A stretch of 32,835 bases of DNA, from positions 1 through 32,835 of the IMG/VR virus record IMGVR_UViG_3300016476_000810; one strand, given 5' to 3'. The notes under the pieces are model-generated. The model did not search any database and had not been told where the DNA came from. It saw only the letters and a program-made list of their open reading frames with translations. Made by a program: the position numbers and the translations under genes. Below, piece after piece: positions 8,010-17,636 of this stretch. Source of the stretch: a virus. Lineage: Duplodnaviria > Caudoviricetes. Numbering within the stretch: position 1 is the first letter of the stretch; the number at the start of each line of letters is the position of its first letter.

Positions 8010-8444
8010 GTGACTAAATACAAAACCCCCGAAGCAGAAGCCTCCGATAACGTCCTGCTCGCGGCCAATGCCAATGGTTGCAGACTCTATCGGAACAACA
8101 GTGGTGTGGCCTACGACGAGAAAAGCAACAGACCTATTTTCTTCGGTCTGGGTAACGATGGTGTCAAAAATGAAGAGTCAATAAGAACCCATGACTGGAT
8201 CGGTTGGCATCAGGTCACCATCACACCTGAGATGGTAGGTAAAAAACTTGCCATTTTTACCGCAATTGACGCCAAGAAGCTGGGGTTCAAGCGTAAAACC
8301 TGTTACCCTGTCGGTACTAGAGAGTACGGTCAGGACAAGTTTGCGCGTCGTGTAATTGCAGCAGGTGGTATCGCCGGGTTCGCAGCTAACGCCGAAGACG
8401 TCGTGACACTCATCACCGAGTTTTACCAGAGGGTTAAGACATGA
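8010..8444 (+). CDS. VRR-NUC-like endonuclease
   Basis: RLYRNNSG, FGLG, DWIGW, FTAIDAK, Q..F...V..AGGIAGFA; GTG start with SD AGGA. Confidence 0.82.
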   Translation: MTKYKTPEAEASDNVLLAANANGCRLYRNNSGVAYDEKSNRPIFFGLGNDGVKNEESIRTHDWIGWHQVTITPEMVGKKLAIFTAIDAKKLGFKRKTCYPVGTREYGQDKFARRVIAAGGIAGFAANAEDVVTLITEFYQRVKT

Positions 8445-8662
8445 GCAGAATTGAACAAATCAAGAAACATGCAGCAGAGTACGAAGACGCCGACACCAAT
8501 GCACGACTGAAAGCACTGGTTGAGAAACACGGTATCGAAGAAGTCGTTGCTGCGTCAGGTCTTAGTGTCTCCAGTGTCGTTCAGTACACAACAAGAACTA
8601 ACACTCATCCTGTGGCGTGGAAAACGCTCATCAAAGCAGAGACGATCCTGAGCCAAATCTGA
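8441..8662 (+). CDS. Small putative helix-turn-helix DNA-binding protein
   Basis: LKALVEKHGIEEVVAASGLSVSSVVQY is HTH-like; ATGA coupling to the upstream gene. Confidence 0.6.
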   Translation: MSRIEQIKKHAAEYEDADTNARLKALVEKHGIEEVVAASGLSVSSVVQYTTRTNTHPVAWKTLIKAETILSQI

Positions 8663-8672
8663 GGAATCCGGT

Positions 8673-11126
8673 ATGCTCGATTTCACGCAAGCGCGGAGAC
8701 TCATATCCGCGCTAACCGGGTCGTCTCTTTCACCTGTTACTTTCCAGGCATTCTATGACCCGAAGAAAGAGTTCGGACCGAAGCCATCGGATGTTTTCCC
8801 TGAGTGGTGGACAGCATCATTGGACGACTCTGCCGAGTTCATAAACTACAAGCAATCACAGAAATGCGGTATCTACATATGCGTTAACGGGACAGATGGA
8901 AACGGTCGTGAAGTCGAGAACATCACCGAGCTAAGAGCACTGTTCGTCGATTTCGACGGTATGGCTGAACCAGCGTGGTCGCTCGCACCTCACATTATTC
9001 AGAAGCGCGACGACACCCATGGTCACGCCTTCTGGTTGATTGAGGTAGACCCAGAGCTGACTCACGAGCAGTGGACAATCATGCAAAAGCAGTTGTCCAT
9101 GTTCTACGGGTCCGACTCACAGGTTATCGACCCTGCTCGGGTAATCCGTCTCCCTGGTCTCCAGCACTGGAAAAACCCGAACTCACCGCAGAGTTATCAG
9201 ATCACCAGTGACTACAGTGCGTCCGGTCATCGTTATACCTTCGATGAAGTCCGTGATGCCCACATGCTGGATGCCGACAAAGACTCTGTACTCCATCAAT
9301 GGATAAAAGCCCGAGAAGGTTCACAGGAAGGAACTGGTTATGACAATGACCCTGTTGACATCAGGCGGTTTACGTCATTCGTGGCTAATGCAGCACACCC
9401 CGCTGTTCTCGGAGGTGGTACTCATGAACTATTCCGAGTTGCTTGCTATGGACATGACCATGGTGTTGACCTCGCTCACACCATCGACATTCTTTGGAAG
9501 CACTACAACCCACGCTGTGAACCACCATGGACAGAAGCGGAGAAAGACCACTTCGAAAGCGTGGTCAGTCGAGCTTACAAATATCCGTCGTCTGCTGCTG
9601 GCTGCAAGTCAACCAAGGCTCAGTTCACCGCATTGCCACCCCTCCAAGAACCGTCATGTGGCTGGGATAAAATGCGTGAAACGTTCCATGACCCGTACCT
9701 GTTCGACGCAGAAAACAAATACGTCCAGCCGATAGTTCCGACGTTACCGGAAGATATTGACCGTGGTCTTCGTGTGTCCAGCACACAGGCTGTCTCCCTC
9801 GGTGTCACGCTGACGGCGAAAGCCAGTCACTACAATTTCGCTCGGGTGTTCGATGGGATGCGTTACGATGGGATAAACCTGATCCGCAGTGAAGGACTGT
9901 TCTACGAGTTCAATGGTCGCTCATGGAAGATGGTCAGCGATGCTGTCATCAAGGCTGAAATCCAGCGAGCGTTTCACCAATTCGAACCGGCTGACTCATT
10001 CACCAGCGGTATTTTCCGTGTCCTCTGTGACCTCGTGAATACCCGAGCCGTCGATAACGGCACCTGGTTGACTGACACCGAGCGCGACACGAAGAACCTA
10101 GCTGTGTTCAAGAACGGTATCGTTGACCTGAGTGACCCGAATTTCACTCTGATGCCACACACTCACCAGTTCTTCTGTATGAATGAGTTGACCTATGACT
10201 TTTCACCTGGTGCTACTTGCCCAGCTTGGATGACGTTCCTCGACAGTATCTGGGGTAACAACCAGGAGATAAAAAACCAGCTTCAGGAGTTCATGGGTTA
10301 CTGTCTGACCAGTGACACCAGTCTTCAGCGGTTCGCTATCTTCAACGGCAAATCCCGTGGTGGTAAAGGGACAATCACTCGGGTGCTGACTAACATGGTC
10401 GGTGAAAAGAACATGACTGCACCACCATTAAGCAGCTTTGTCAAAGATTCAGCGTTACATGAGATGAGTCAAAAATCACTTGCACTTGTTCCAGAAGCCG
10501 GTGATTTACATCCAAGTATCCGTGAAGTTGTGCTCGGTAACTTCAAGGCTATCACTGGTGGCGACCCAGTTGGTTACCACGTCATGTATAAAGGTGGTCA
10601 ATCCAGCACATTCAGTTGCAAGATTGTCGTCAGCACTAACGGTATGCCTAAGTTTAGTGACCCGTCAGGCGCACTGATGAACCGGGCGCTAGTGTTTAAA
10701 TTCACGAAGTCGTTCTTCGGCAAAGAGGACGTTCACCTTGATGAAAAACTGGCTGCTGAGTTACCTGGAATCACTATGTGGGCCATTGAAGGTCTTCGCC
10801 GTCTTCGAGCTAAGGGTCGGTTCACCGAATCGTCTGACAGCATCGAGCTGAAGGAAGAACTGAAGAAAGACATGTTCCCGTTGTCAGGGTATATCGAAGA
10901 CTGTGTGAACATGGATAGTAACGGTTACGTGGTGATCGAGGACGCCTACCGTGCCTACCGAATCTGGGCATCATCTGAAGGCATCAAATCACCGATGAAC
11001 AAGGTGACGTTCAACCAGCTCATGCGTAATAGTGCCCTCGACATCACCTGTGACAAGACTGGCTACAAGGGGATAACCCTGAAGCCGATGATGGTTGCTG
11101 ATAACGTCCTTCGGTTCGGCTCGTAA
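8673..11126 (+). CDS. DNA primase-helicase (RepB-type prim-pol domain, PriCT-like region, D5_N and SF3 helicase)
   Basis: ALFVDFDG, HGHAFWL, DPARVIRLPG; YNPRCEPPW; FKNGIVDL; Walker A GKSRGGKGT; FKAITGGD; STN. Confidence 0.92.
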   Translation: MLDFTQARRLISALTGSSLSPVTFQAFYDPKKEFGPKPSDVFPEWWTASLDDSAEFINYKQSQKCGIYICVNGTDGNGREVENITELRALFVDFDGMAEPAWSLAPHIIQKRDDTHGHAFWLIEVDPELTHEQWTIMQKQLSMFYGSDSQVIDPARVIRLPGLQHWKNPNSPQSYQITSDYSASGHRYTFDEVRDAHMLDADKDSVLHQWIKAREGSQEGTGYDNDPVDIRRFTSFVANAAHPAVLGGGTHELFRVACYGHDHGVDLAHTIDILWKHYNPRCEPPWTEAEKDHFESVVSRAYKYPSSAAGCKSTKAQFTALPPLQEPSCGWDKMRETFHDPYLFDAENKYVQPIVPTLPEDIDRGLRVSSTQAVSLGVTLTAKASHYNFARVFDGMRYDGINLIRSEGLFYEFNGRSWKMVSDAVIKAEIQRAFHQFEPADSFTSGIFRVLCDLVNTRAVDNGTWLTDTERDTKNLAVFKNGIVDLSDPNFTLMPHTHQFFCMNELTYDFSPGATCPAWMTFLDSIWGNNQEIKNQLQEFMGYCLTSDTSLQRFAIFNGKSRGGKGTITRVLTNMVGEKNMTAPPLSSFVKDSALHEMSQKSLALVPEAGDLHPSIREVVLGNFKAITGGDPVGYHVMYKGGQSSTFSCKIVVSTNGMPKFSDPSGALMNRALVFKFTKSFFGKEDVHLDEKLAAELPGITMWAIEGLRRLRAKGRFTESSDSIELKEELKKDMFPLSGYIEDCVNMDSNGYVVIEDAYRAYRIWASSEGIKSPMNKVTFNQLMRNSALDITCDKTGYKGITLKPMMVADNVLRFGS

Positions 11127-11145
11127 GACTTATTGTAAAAAAATC

Positions 11146-11174
11146 TTTACACGCGGTGAATCTGGGTATAGAGT
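11146..11174 (+). promoter_or_regulatory. Putative sigma70-type promoter with inverted repeat flanking the -10
   Basis: TTTACA-N17-TAGAGT preceded by an A-tract; CGGTGAATCTG (11154-11164) pairs with CAGATTCACCG (11181-11191). Confidence 0.7.
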
Positions 11175-11214
11175 TGTATTCAGATTCACCGACATTATTG
11201 AGAGGATTGAGACT

Positions 11215-11436
11215 ATGAAGAATCGCGATGAAATGAAAGCAGAGTTTGAAAACGTGATGAAAGCCTGTGGTTACTATGGTGACTTGAAATACGGTGAGTT
11301 CGGATATGAGTGTAGTCACACTAATGCAATATGGGTCGGGTTTCGTTTAGCTTATGAGTTGAAAGACGCTCAATTAAAGCTGCTGATTGGTGAAAAACAA
11401 CACGCTGACGCCACACCAAAAGGGATATTACCATGA
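11215..11436 (+). CDS. Hypothetical protein (start revised to ATG 11215)
   Basis: SD GAGAGG precedes ATG 11215 (MKNRDEMKAEF...). Confidence 0.7.
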   Translation: MKNRDEMKAEFENVMKACGYYGDLKYGEFGYECSHTNAIWVGFRLAYELKDAQLKLLIGEKQHADATPKGILP

Positions 11437-11567
11437 CCAACCGTGACTTTGTAAACACCAAAAAACCGTCAGCACTGAAAGTATTCTGGAATCGACACGG
11501 TGACTCCGTTCGTTTCTGGGTCATCATTGGTCTGATAATTCTGACCTCATCGGTATATGCGGGGTAA
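11433..11567 (+). CDS. Small membrane protein, 44 aa (not in ORF track)
   Basis: ATGA overlap; MTNRDFVNTKKPSALKVFWNRHGDSVRFWVIIGLIILTSSVYAG*. Confidence 0.6.
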   Translation: MTNRDFVNTKKPSALKVFWNRHGDSVRFWVIIGLIILTSSVYAG

Positions 11568-11571
11568 ATAT

Positions 11572-11652
11572 ATGGTTATTAAATTACTGGTCATGCTGTT
11601 GGCTTTTCCGGTGCTGACCGTTTTATTTCTGGCTGGATTGGTGGTGTGGTGA
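11572..11652 (+). CDS. Hydrophobic 26-aa peptide (not in ORF track)
   Basis: MVIKLLVMLLAFPVLTVLFLAGLVVW*; TGATG overlap with the polymerase start. Confidence 0.5.
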   Translation: MVIKLLVMLLAFPVLTVLFLAGLVVW

Positions 11653-13730
11653 TGACCAGTAAATACATCGACTATGGTTACGACATCGAGTGCCTTCCGA
11701 ATTTCTTCTCCATCATAATCACTCGTATCACCGACCGTTCGAGCTGGCGATTCATTATTACGCCGTGGTGCAACCAGGGCAAGGAGCTAAATATGTTCCT
11801 TACTCACCTGCGCAATTCCAATGGTCGAATGGTCGGATTCAATAACCTCGCCTATGACTACCCAATGGTTCACATGATCATGAGCTATTCCGGTATGGTC
11901 AGTAACGAGATGCTTTACAGTAAATCCCAGTCCATCATCAACGCCGACTTCAACGACTGGTCTCACCAGATATGGGACGCCGACCGGTTTATCCCTCAGA
12001 TTGACCTGCTCAAGGTTCACCACTTCGATAACCAGGCCAAGCGGACGAGCCTGAAGATGCTTGAGTTCAATATGAGGATGGACTCTATCGAAGAACTTGA
12101 ACTGGACTTCAACAAGCCGGTCAAACCCAGTGACACACCTGTTGTTCTTGACTACAACGACCACGACGTCAACGCTACCAACCTGTTTTACGGTTTCAGC
12201 GTTAAAGAGATAGCTTTCCGTGAGCAACTGTCTGAAAAGTACGGCAAGGACTTCATGAATCACAATGACACCCGTATCGGGCAAGAGTTCTTTGTGATGG
12301 AACTGGCGAAGAAAGGTATCAAGGCTGGTAAGTGGAACCAGACCTTCCGCTCCAGCATCCGGGTCGCTGACATCATCCTTCCCTACGTCCAGTTCGAGAG
12401 ACCCGAGTTCAACGAAATCCTGAATTTCTTCCGTGAGTCGGTCATCAACCCTGAGCAGATTAAGGGGTTCTTCAAGGGTGTGAGCTGCACTGTTGATGGC
12501 TTCCAGTTCGACTTCGGTGCCGGTGGTATCCACGGCTCGGTAAACAGAGAGGTTATCGTGCCTCCGGCTGGCTGGATACTCAAGGACTCTGACGTCAGCT
12601 CCTATTACCCTAACCTCGCCATCAAGAACAGGTTCTATCCCCTGCACTTGGGTGAGGCGTTCTGTGACGCTTATCTAGATGTATACGAGCAGCGTAAGCA
12701 GTACCCGAAGAAGACTGCTGAAAACAACATGCTGAAGCTGGCCCTGAACGGTGTCTACGGTAAATCCAACGACAAACACTCACCGTTCTATGATCCTCAG
12801 TACACCATGAGTATCACTATCAACGGTCAGCTACTACTGAGTATGCTCGCTGAACAACTCATGAAGATTCCAGAGCTGAAGATGGTTCAGATCAACACAG
12901 ACGGCCTGACCTATCTCTATCCCGAGCAGTATGACGCACACGTTTCGTCTATCCACGCTTGGTGGGAGTCACTGACTCAGCTTGAGCTGGAACACGTCAA
13001 TTACATCCGTATGGCCGTGAGGGATTGCAACTCATATTTAGCGGTAACTCAGCCATACCAAGGTAAAGACGGGAAGCTGGTGCCACCGAAGGTCAAGCGC
13101 ATCGGTGCCTACGCCTATATTCGCGCCGAGGAAGATTCAGGAACCAGGGAATTACCTTGGCACAAAGACCACGGTGCCATCGTAGTGGCTAAGGCTGCTG
13201 AAGCCGCTCTGGTGCGCGGAGAGAACATCGAGTCATTCATCCGGCGACACCTGACAGTCTGCCCGCTTGACTTCATGTTACGGACGAAGATAAACCGGAA
13301 AGATAAGCTGATTCTGGAAACTCCTGTTATGTGGGGTGACACGGTGGTCACCACCAAGACGACCGATATGCAGCGAGTCACCAGGTATTACGTCAGCAAG
13401 GATGGGGGCTATCTCATCAAACTCATGGATCCTACAGTTGACCAGGTGAAGAAGTGGAAGATGGGTAACCACTGGCGGCATGTGACTACTGGTGCTCACA
13501 AAATGGCGAGCAAGCAACCGAGTAGTCGCTGGGAGAAGTGTGAGCCGCCGACACCTGAACCACCTATCCGCCGTACTGGTGTCGAGGCTGGTCACCGTGT
13601 CACTGTGTGCAATAAACTCGTCGGTCTCGATATGAGTAACGTTGATATCAGTTATTATGTGGAGCGAACCCGTAAACTGGTCGATCCGCTTTTGATGGAA
13701 GTTGATAATTCAGACGAAGGAGAAGAGTGA
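11652..13730 (+). CDS. Family B DNA polymerase with 3'-5' exonuclease domain
   Basis: ExoI YDIE, ExoII GFNNLAYD, ExoIII YNDHDV; motif A DVSSYYP, motif B KLALNGVYGKS, motif C QINTDG. Confidence 0.93.
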   Translation: MTSKYIDYGYDIECLPNFFSIIITRITDRSSWRFIITPWCNQGKELNMFLTHLRNSNGRMVGFNNLAYDYPMVHMIMSYSGMVSNEMLYSKSQSIINADFNDWSHQIWDADRFIPQIDLLKVHHFDNQAKRTSLKMLEFNMRMDSIEELELDFNKPVKPSDTPVVLDYNDHDVNATNLFYGFSVKEIAFREQLSEKYGKDFMNHNDTRIGQEFFVMELAKKGIKAGKWNQTFRSSIRVADIILPYVQFERPEFNEILNFFRESVINPEQIKGFFKGVSCTVDGFQFDFGAGGIHGSVNREVIVPPAGWILKDSDVSSYYPNLAIKNRFYPLHLGEAFCDAYLDVYEQRKQYPKKTAENNMLKLALNGVYGKSNDKHSPFYDPQYTMSITINGQLLLSMLAEQLMKIPELKMVQINTDGLTYLYPEQYDAHVSSIHAWWESLTQLELEHVNYIRMAVRDCNSYLAVTQPYQGKDGKLVPPKVKRIGAYAYIRAEEDSGTRELPWHKDHGAIVVAKAAEAALVRGENIESFIRRHLTVCPLDFMLRTKINRKDKLILETPVMWGDTVVTTKTTDMQRVTRYYVSKDGGYLIKLMDPTVDQVKKWKMGNHWRHVTTGAHKMASKQPSSRWEKCEPPTPEPPIRRTGVEAGHRVTVCNKLVGLDMSNVDISYYVERTRKLVDPLLMEVDNSDEGEE

Positions 13731-14035
13731 TGAATGATATATTAATAATTGAAAAAGACGAAGGTGATGAACCTGATTTCGAGTCACCTGTTAACTCAAG
13801 ATGGGTTGTTGCTATAGGTGTATGTGGGAATGTAGTAGTAATCTCAACACCTGATATTCATCCTTCATTTTTTGATAATGGGATGGAAACAGATAATATT
13901 GGTTTACCTTGTGAATCAGAAGATGAATCTGGTATTTACCAGTGGGTGTGTAGCCCTACATATTCTACAGACTGGGAATCAGGTGTCACTGATTTTGAAG
14001 GGTTTGATGTTATATCGTCAACAAGGTTGATGTAA
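13727..14035 (+). CDS. Acidic hypothetical protein (AT-rich gene)
   Basis: 102 aa ORF coupled to the polymerase stop; rich in D/E. Confidence 0.7.
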   Translation: MMNDILIIEKDEGDEPDFESPVNSRWVVAIGVCGNVVVISTPDIHPSFFDNGMETDNIGLPCESEDESGIYQWVCSPTYSTDWESGVTDFEGFDVISSTRLM

Positions 14036-14060
14036 AAAATAAAGGGACCGTCAGGCCCCT
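14034..14060 (-). terminator. Intrinsic terminator ending the tail operon
   Basis: Minus strand AGGGGCC-TGAC-GGTCCCT followed by TTATTTTT, between convergent genes. Confidence 0.75.
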
Positions 14061-14065
14061 CTTTC

Positions 14066-16798
14066 TTACCCAACAACATCCAAGTCATTCTTATAATACC
14101 GACTATCGTAGTTTATCGAGCTTATCGTGTTCGTCTCAATCCCGTTGTCGTCAATCTTAAACTCGATAGTCTGTGGTATCAGTGCCACCGATTCACGCAA
14201 CTGCTCTGACATGAGAACAAACTTAGTCCTGTCCTGACTGTACCCGTCATAGATAGCCTCACTCGGTAGCTCTGCAAGCTGGATAATGTAGTCGTCAACC
14301 TGGGTGCAGAGAATGGGGTCACTGTTATCACCGTTTACCTTAGTGAACGTGACATAGTGGTCCTCACCTGGTGAAAACACAACTGGTTCAGATAATTCAA
14401 CCAGCAAGCCGTTTACCTCGACCACCTCACCATCGAAAACACGGTAGCCGTCAGCGCTGTCTGGTCTCACGACGAAACGAGTACCGTCAGGTGAGTCGAT
14501 CCGCTTACCGGGTATAATGTTGCGACCGAACTCATCCACGTCAAAGGTGACGTTGTAGCGGTTGTATTTCTGCCGGTTGTAGACTCGGTATGCGTATTTA
14601 TAAGCCTGCTCACGGGTTATACAGCCGTTAAAGTCAATACGCTCTGGGTTCGTTGCTGACCTGTCTTCTGGCACATAGAAAGTCTCAGTTACACCACTGA
14701 CTTCATCGCGCCAGTTGACCTCAACACCGTCGTTCATCCGCTCGAAAACATCCTCTCTCACCTCACTATTCATAATCTTGTTGCGACAGGTGATTTGCAT
14801 AGACGAGGTATTCTGTTTGCGCTCGAACGACAAGTCGTAAACTCCGTTCTGGACATATGGGTTACACAGGACAGTCTGTGCCACCTGAACGAAACTATCC
14901 TGATAGGTGACCTGTGTGTCGTCAAAGTCAAAGCCGAACCGAACCATCTGGTCCGAACCGAAGTAGTCCTGTATTTGCTGGGATAGCAGCAACCAACCAT
15001 CTGCATTAATGTTCTCTATTGACTGACGACCGATGAACGGGTCGAGTGACATGTGAATGAGCACCTGAGCGAAATTGTCTGTTGCGAACGACTCAGGTTG
15101 ACCGAACACACCGTTACCCTGGTACTCGGTGATCAACCGCATCACGTCAACGTTCTGTTTCCGCTCCTTAATCAACCGTGACTGTGAGTTACTGGGGATA
15201 ACCACATGAGCAAGTGTGACATCACCTAAGTCAAGACCACTGACGTTCTCGAACGAATATAAGTCACGCCATTCAATGATATCGACGTTACTGACATTAT
15301 CACCTTTATCTCGGTCTGTTGTTCGACGAGCAGACACACGGCTCCTGGTGTAATTCAGTGGTATCCGTTTGGTCTGGAATACTGACTTACGAACACTTTT
15401 GTTACTTTCATAAACCACTGGGTAAATAGTGCTGTTTCCGGTAGGGGAGCCGTTAGAATCTAACTCCTCAACGAAAACTTCAATGTTCGCTGAAATCGCA
15501 GTTTCACGGTTTTCGACCAGTTTATAAAAGCCATTAGAACTAACAAAGTTAAGGATGATCTCATCATCGTCTGGGTCTATGTTAAATGGGCCGACATAAC
15601 CATCGAATGGTTTTGCTGCGAGTGGTGTTACATCAGACACTGCTGTGGTGACTAATTGAGTCTTAGCTGGGTCCTTATACCAAATACCAGAAAAAGCAGG
15701 TGCGTTTGTTGTATAAAAATCAACCGCTGGTTGACCGTACATTCTCGCAAATTTTTCAGGTATTACCCAACCTGACATACTTGACCAAGCATTCACTATT
15801 GACGAGGGTGCGTCAGGTGGTACTTGTATTGTAATTGTACTGCTTGTCAAATTGGTTATCACATATTCAATAGATCCTAAATCAACAAGTTGACTACCAC
15901 CAGAAAAAGTATAACCGGAAGGTTGGGACGTCGAATAAAGGGTTACAGATACACCGGATAAGAAATAATAAAAATTAGTAAGTTTTATTTTTCCACCGAC
16001 ACTAAAACTATCCAGAATCGAAAACCCTTCAGGTAATAGGTCAGCTGTTAACGTAGTTCCTGTGATCGACCACTTTGCACCAAGAGAGTTGTCGACGTCA
16101 TTCGGTGGAAGTAATTCAGCAGGGTTCAGATCATTAGATTGTCGATAGATACCGATCTTCTCGTTGATGTCTGAACCAATCTGGAACGACGGTGTACCAT
16201 TGCCAGGCCATGTACCTGGCTCGTATTTACTCAACTGAGCGTTTGGAATATCGAGTAGACGGGTATTACCATCATACCATCGGTCAGGCCATGTCTGGTA
16301 TTTCCCTCGACCCAAACACAGTAAAAGTACCTCGGTCTCTTCGTTATTCACGCCGACACGATATGGCACCTGCCACAGGGGAGGCATGTGTTTTGCGACA
16401 TACCCGAAGATATCGTCGATACGCTGACCGACCCGAGCCTCGTTCTGTGTTGACCCGAGCGAGTTTGTGGCCGACTGTTGTTGCTGGTTACCGGGGTTAG
16501 GTACAGAAACAGACGGCATCAGGAGCACTGTCGCTACAGCAGTAATAACAGCTATGGCAATAAATACCAGTGAACCACCGTATGGAAGTTTACTATCGTG
16601 AGTGACAGCTACCACGCCTTCGGAGACATCAAGGTAATCAGTAAGCTCCTCACCAAGCACCTCCATATTGAAGAAACGGAGGTCGAGTATCTCCTCACGT
16701 GAGAAAAAGTGAGACCGAATGAAGTCAATCACTCGCTCATGATTGTGTTCAGTAAACCTGCCTGTCAGCGGGTCTTTGTAATATCGGATTGTGACCAT
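14066..16798 (-). CDS. Tail tip / host specificity protein (lambda J-like hub)
   Basis: 910 aa, last tail gene; NSLGSTQNEARVGQRIDDIFG, DGVEVNWRD, INYDSRYY C-terminus. Confidence 0.85.
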   Translation of the reverse strand: MVTIRYYKDPLTGRFTEHNHERVIDFIRSHFFSREEILDLRFFNMEVLGEELTDYLDVSEGVVAVTHDSKLPYGGSLVFIAIAVITAVATVLLMPSVSVPNPGNQQQQSATNSLGSTQNEARVGQRIDDIFGYVAKHMPPLWQVPYRVGVNNEETEVLLLCLGRGKYQTWPDRWYDGNTRLLDIPNAQLSKYEPGTWPGNGTPSFQIGSDINEKIGIYRQSNDLNPAELLPPNDVDNSLGAKWSITGTTLTADLLPEGFSILDSFSVGGKIKLTNFYYFLSGVSVTLYSTSQPSGYTFSGGSQLVDLGSIEYVITNLTSSTITIQVPPDAPSSIVNAWSSMSGWVIPEKFARMYGQPAVDFYTTNAPAFSGIWYKDPAKTQLVTTAVSDVTPLAAKPFDGYVGPFNIDPDDDEIILNFVSSNGFYKLVENRETAISANIEVFVEELDSNGSPTGNSTIYPVVYESNKSVRKSVFQTKRIPLNYTRSRVSARRTTDRDKGDNVSNVDIIEWRDLYSFENVSGLDLGDVTLAHVVIPSNSQSRLIKERKQNVDVMRLITEYQGNGVFGQPESFATDNFAQVLIHMSLDPFIGRQSIENINADGWLLLSQQIQDYFGSDQMVRFGFDFDDTQVTYQDSFVQVAQTVLCNPYVQNGVYDLSFERKQNTSSMQITCRNKIMNSEVREDVFERMNDGVEVNWRDEVSGVTETFYVPEDRSATNPERIDFNGCITREQAYKYAYRVYNRQKYNRYNVTFDVDEFGRNIIPGKRIDSPDGTRFVVRPDSADGYRVFDGEVVEVNGLLVELSEPVVFSPGEDHYVTFTKVNGDNSDPILCTQVDDYIIQLAELPSEAIYDGYSQDRTKFVLMSEQLRESVALIPQTIEFKIDDNGIETNTISSINYDSRYYKNDLDVVG

Positions 16799-17121
16799 AC
16801 CCAGTATGTGACCTCATCATAGTTTCTGTGAATTACACCGATATCCCAGTGTACCACCGAGCCGTGTTTGTTTCCTATTTGGTAGTTATGGTAGACACCA
16901 TAATCAGCATAGACACCGATGTGACGCTCACCGCTTATTGTCATGAGAACCAGGCAATTATCTACTGGGGTATTGACTCTGGTGAAGTGCTTTCTCATCC
17001 ATACTAAAAAAGAGAGTTCGAAAACCCCCTCTCTCGGTATCTGAATCCCCAGTTTTTCATACCAGTCGGCAACAAAGTGAGCGCAATTATATCCACTCCG
17101 ACTGTAGTGACGACCGATCAC
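16765..17121 (-). CDS. NlpC/P60-like tail assembly protein
   Basis: YNCAHFV...HIGVY...VYH Cys-His-His pattern; position before the tail tip. Confidence 0.8.
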   Translation of the reverse strand: MIGRHYSRSGYNCAHFVADWYEKLGIQIPREGVFELSFLVWMRKHFTRVNTPVDNCLVLMTISGERHIGVYADYGVYHNYQIGNKHGSVVHWDIGVIHRNYDEVTYWVWSQSDITKTR

Positions 17122-17636
17122 AAGAACCCCTTGAGCATCGGAACTCTGGTTGTTGTGGCAACTTCACCTGTGGCCCACTGGTTCGCCGGTTTCGTGGTGA
17201 CGTTGAACAACGCACCGCGCTCATCACGTCGCATTTTCCGTATTGGTAACCGGATAGGTGGTTGTTTTATCTGACTGACACTCCCGTCACGATAGAGAAC
17301 ATAGCCGCGCGACGTGAACTGGGGTAACTGATCACCATACACATCAGGGTCGTAGTTTGATTGTTCTGATGCGATGATGTCGTTGACCTGCTGAATGACT
17401 ATGTTCCGCTCGTAGTTCAGGTCAGCGTTACTACTGGATTGGTCAATACTCATTGGCACATACTCAGCGACTACATTCTCACCAGTCTCCAGAGTAACCT
17501 CAATACTGTCTGTCATCTGACGCTGAAGATAATAAGTCTTACTGAACCAAGGGGCGGAAAGCTCCACCACCTCGATTACAGTCTTACTCACAGGGGCACT
17601 GGCATAAATCTCTCTGATCTCTTCGTCGGTCATCAC
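17118..17636 (-). CDS. Minor tail protein (DUF1833-like)
   Basis: YASAP...VELSAPWFSKTYYL; synteny between distal tail protein and NlpC/P60. Confidence 0.7.
   Translation of the reverse strand: MMTDEEIREIYASAPVSKTVIEVVELSAPWFSKTYYLQRQMTDSIEVTLETGENVVAEYVPMSIDQSSSNADLNYERNIVIQQVNDIIASEQSNYDPDVYGDQLPQFTSRGYVLYRDGSVSQIKQPPIRLPIRKMRRDERGALFNVTTKPANQWATGEVATTTRVPMLKGFL

Noticed and set aside
11095-11214. Longer start for the 113-aa ORF
   Set aside because: It overlaps the primase end and the promoter; ATG 11215 has a clear SD.
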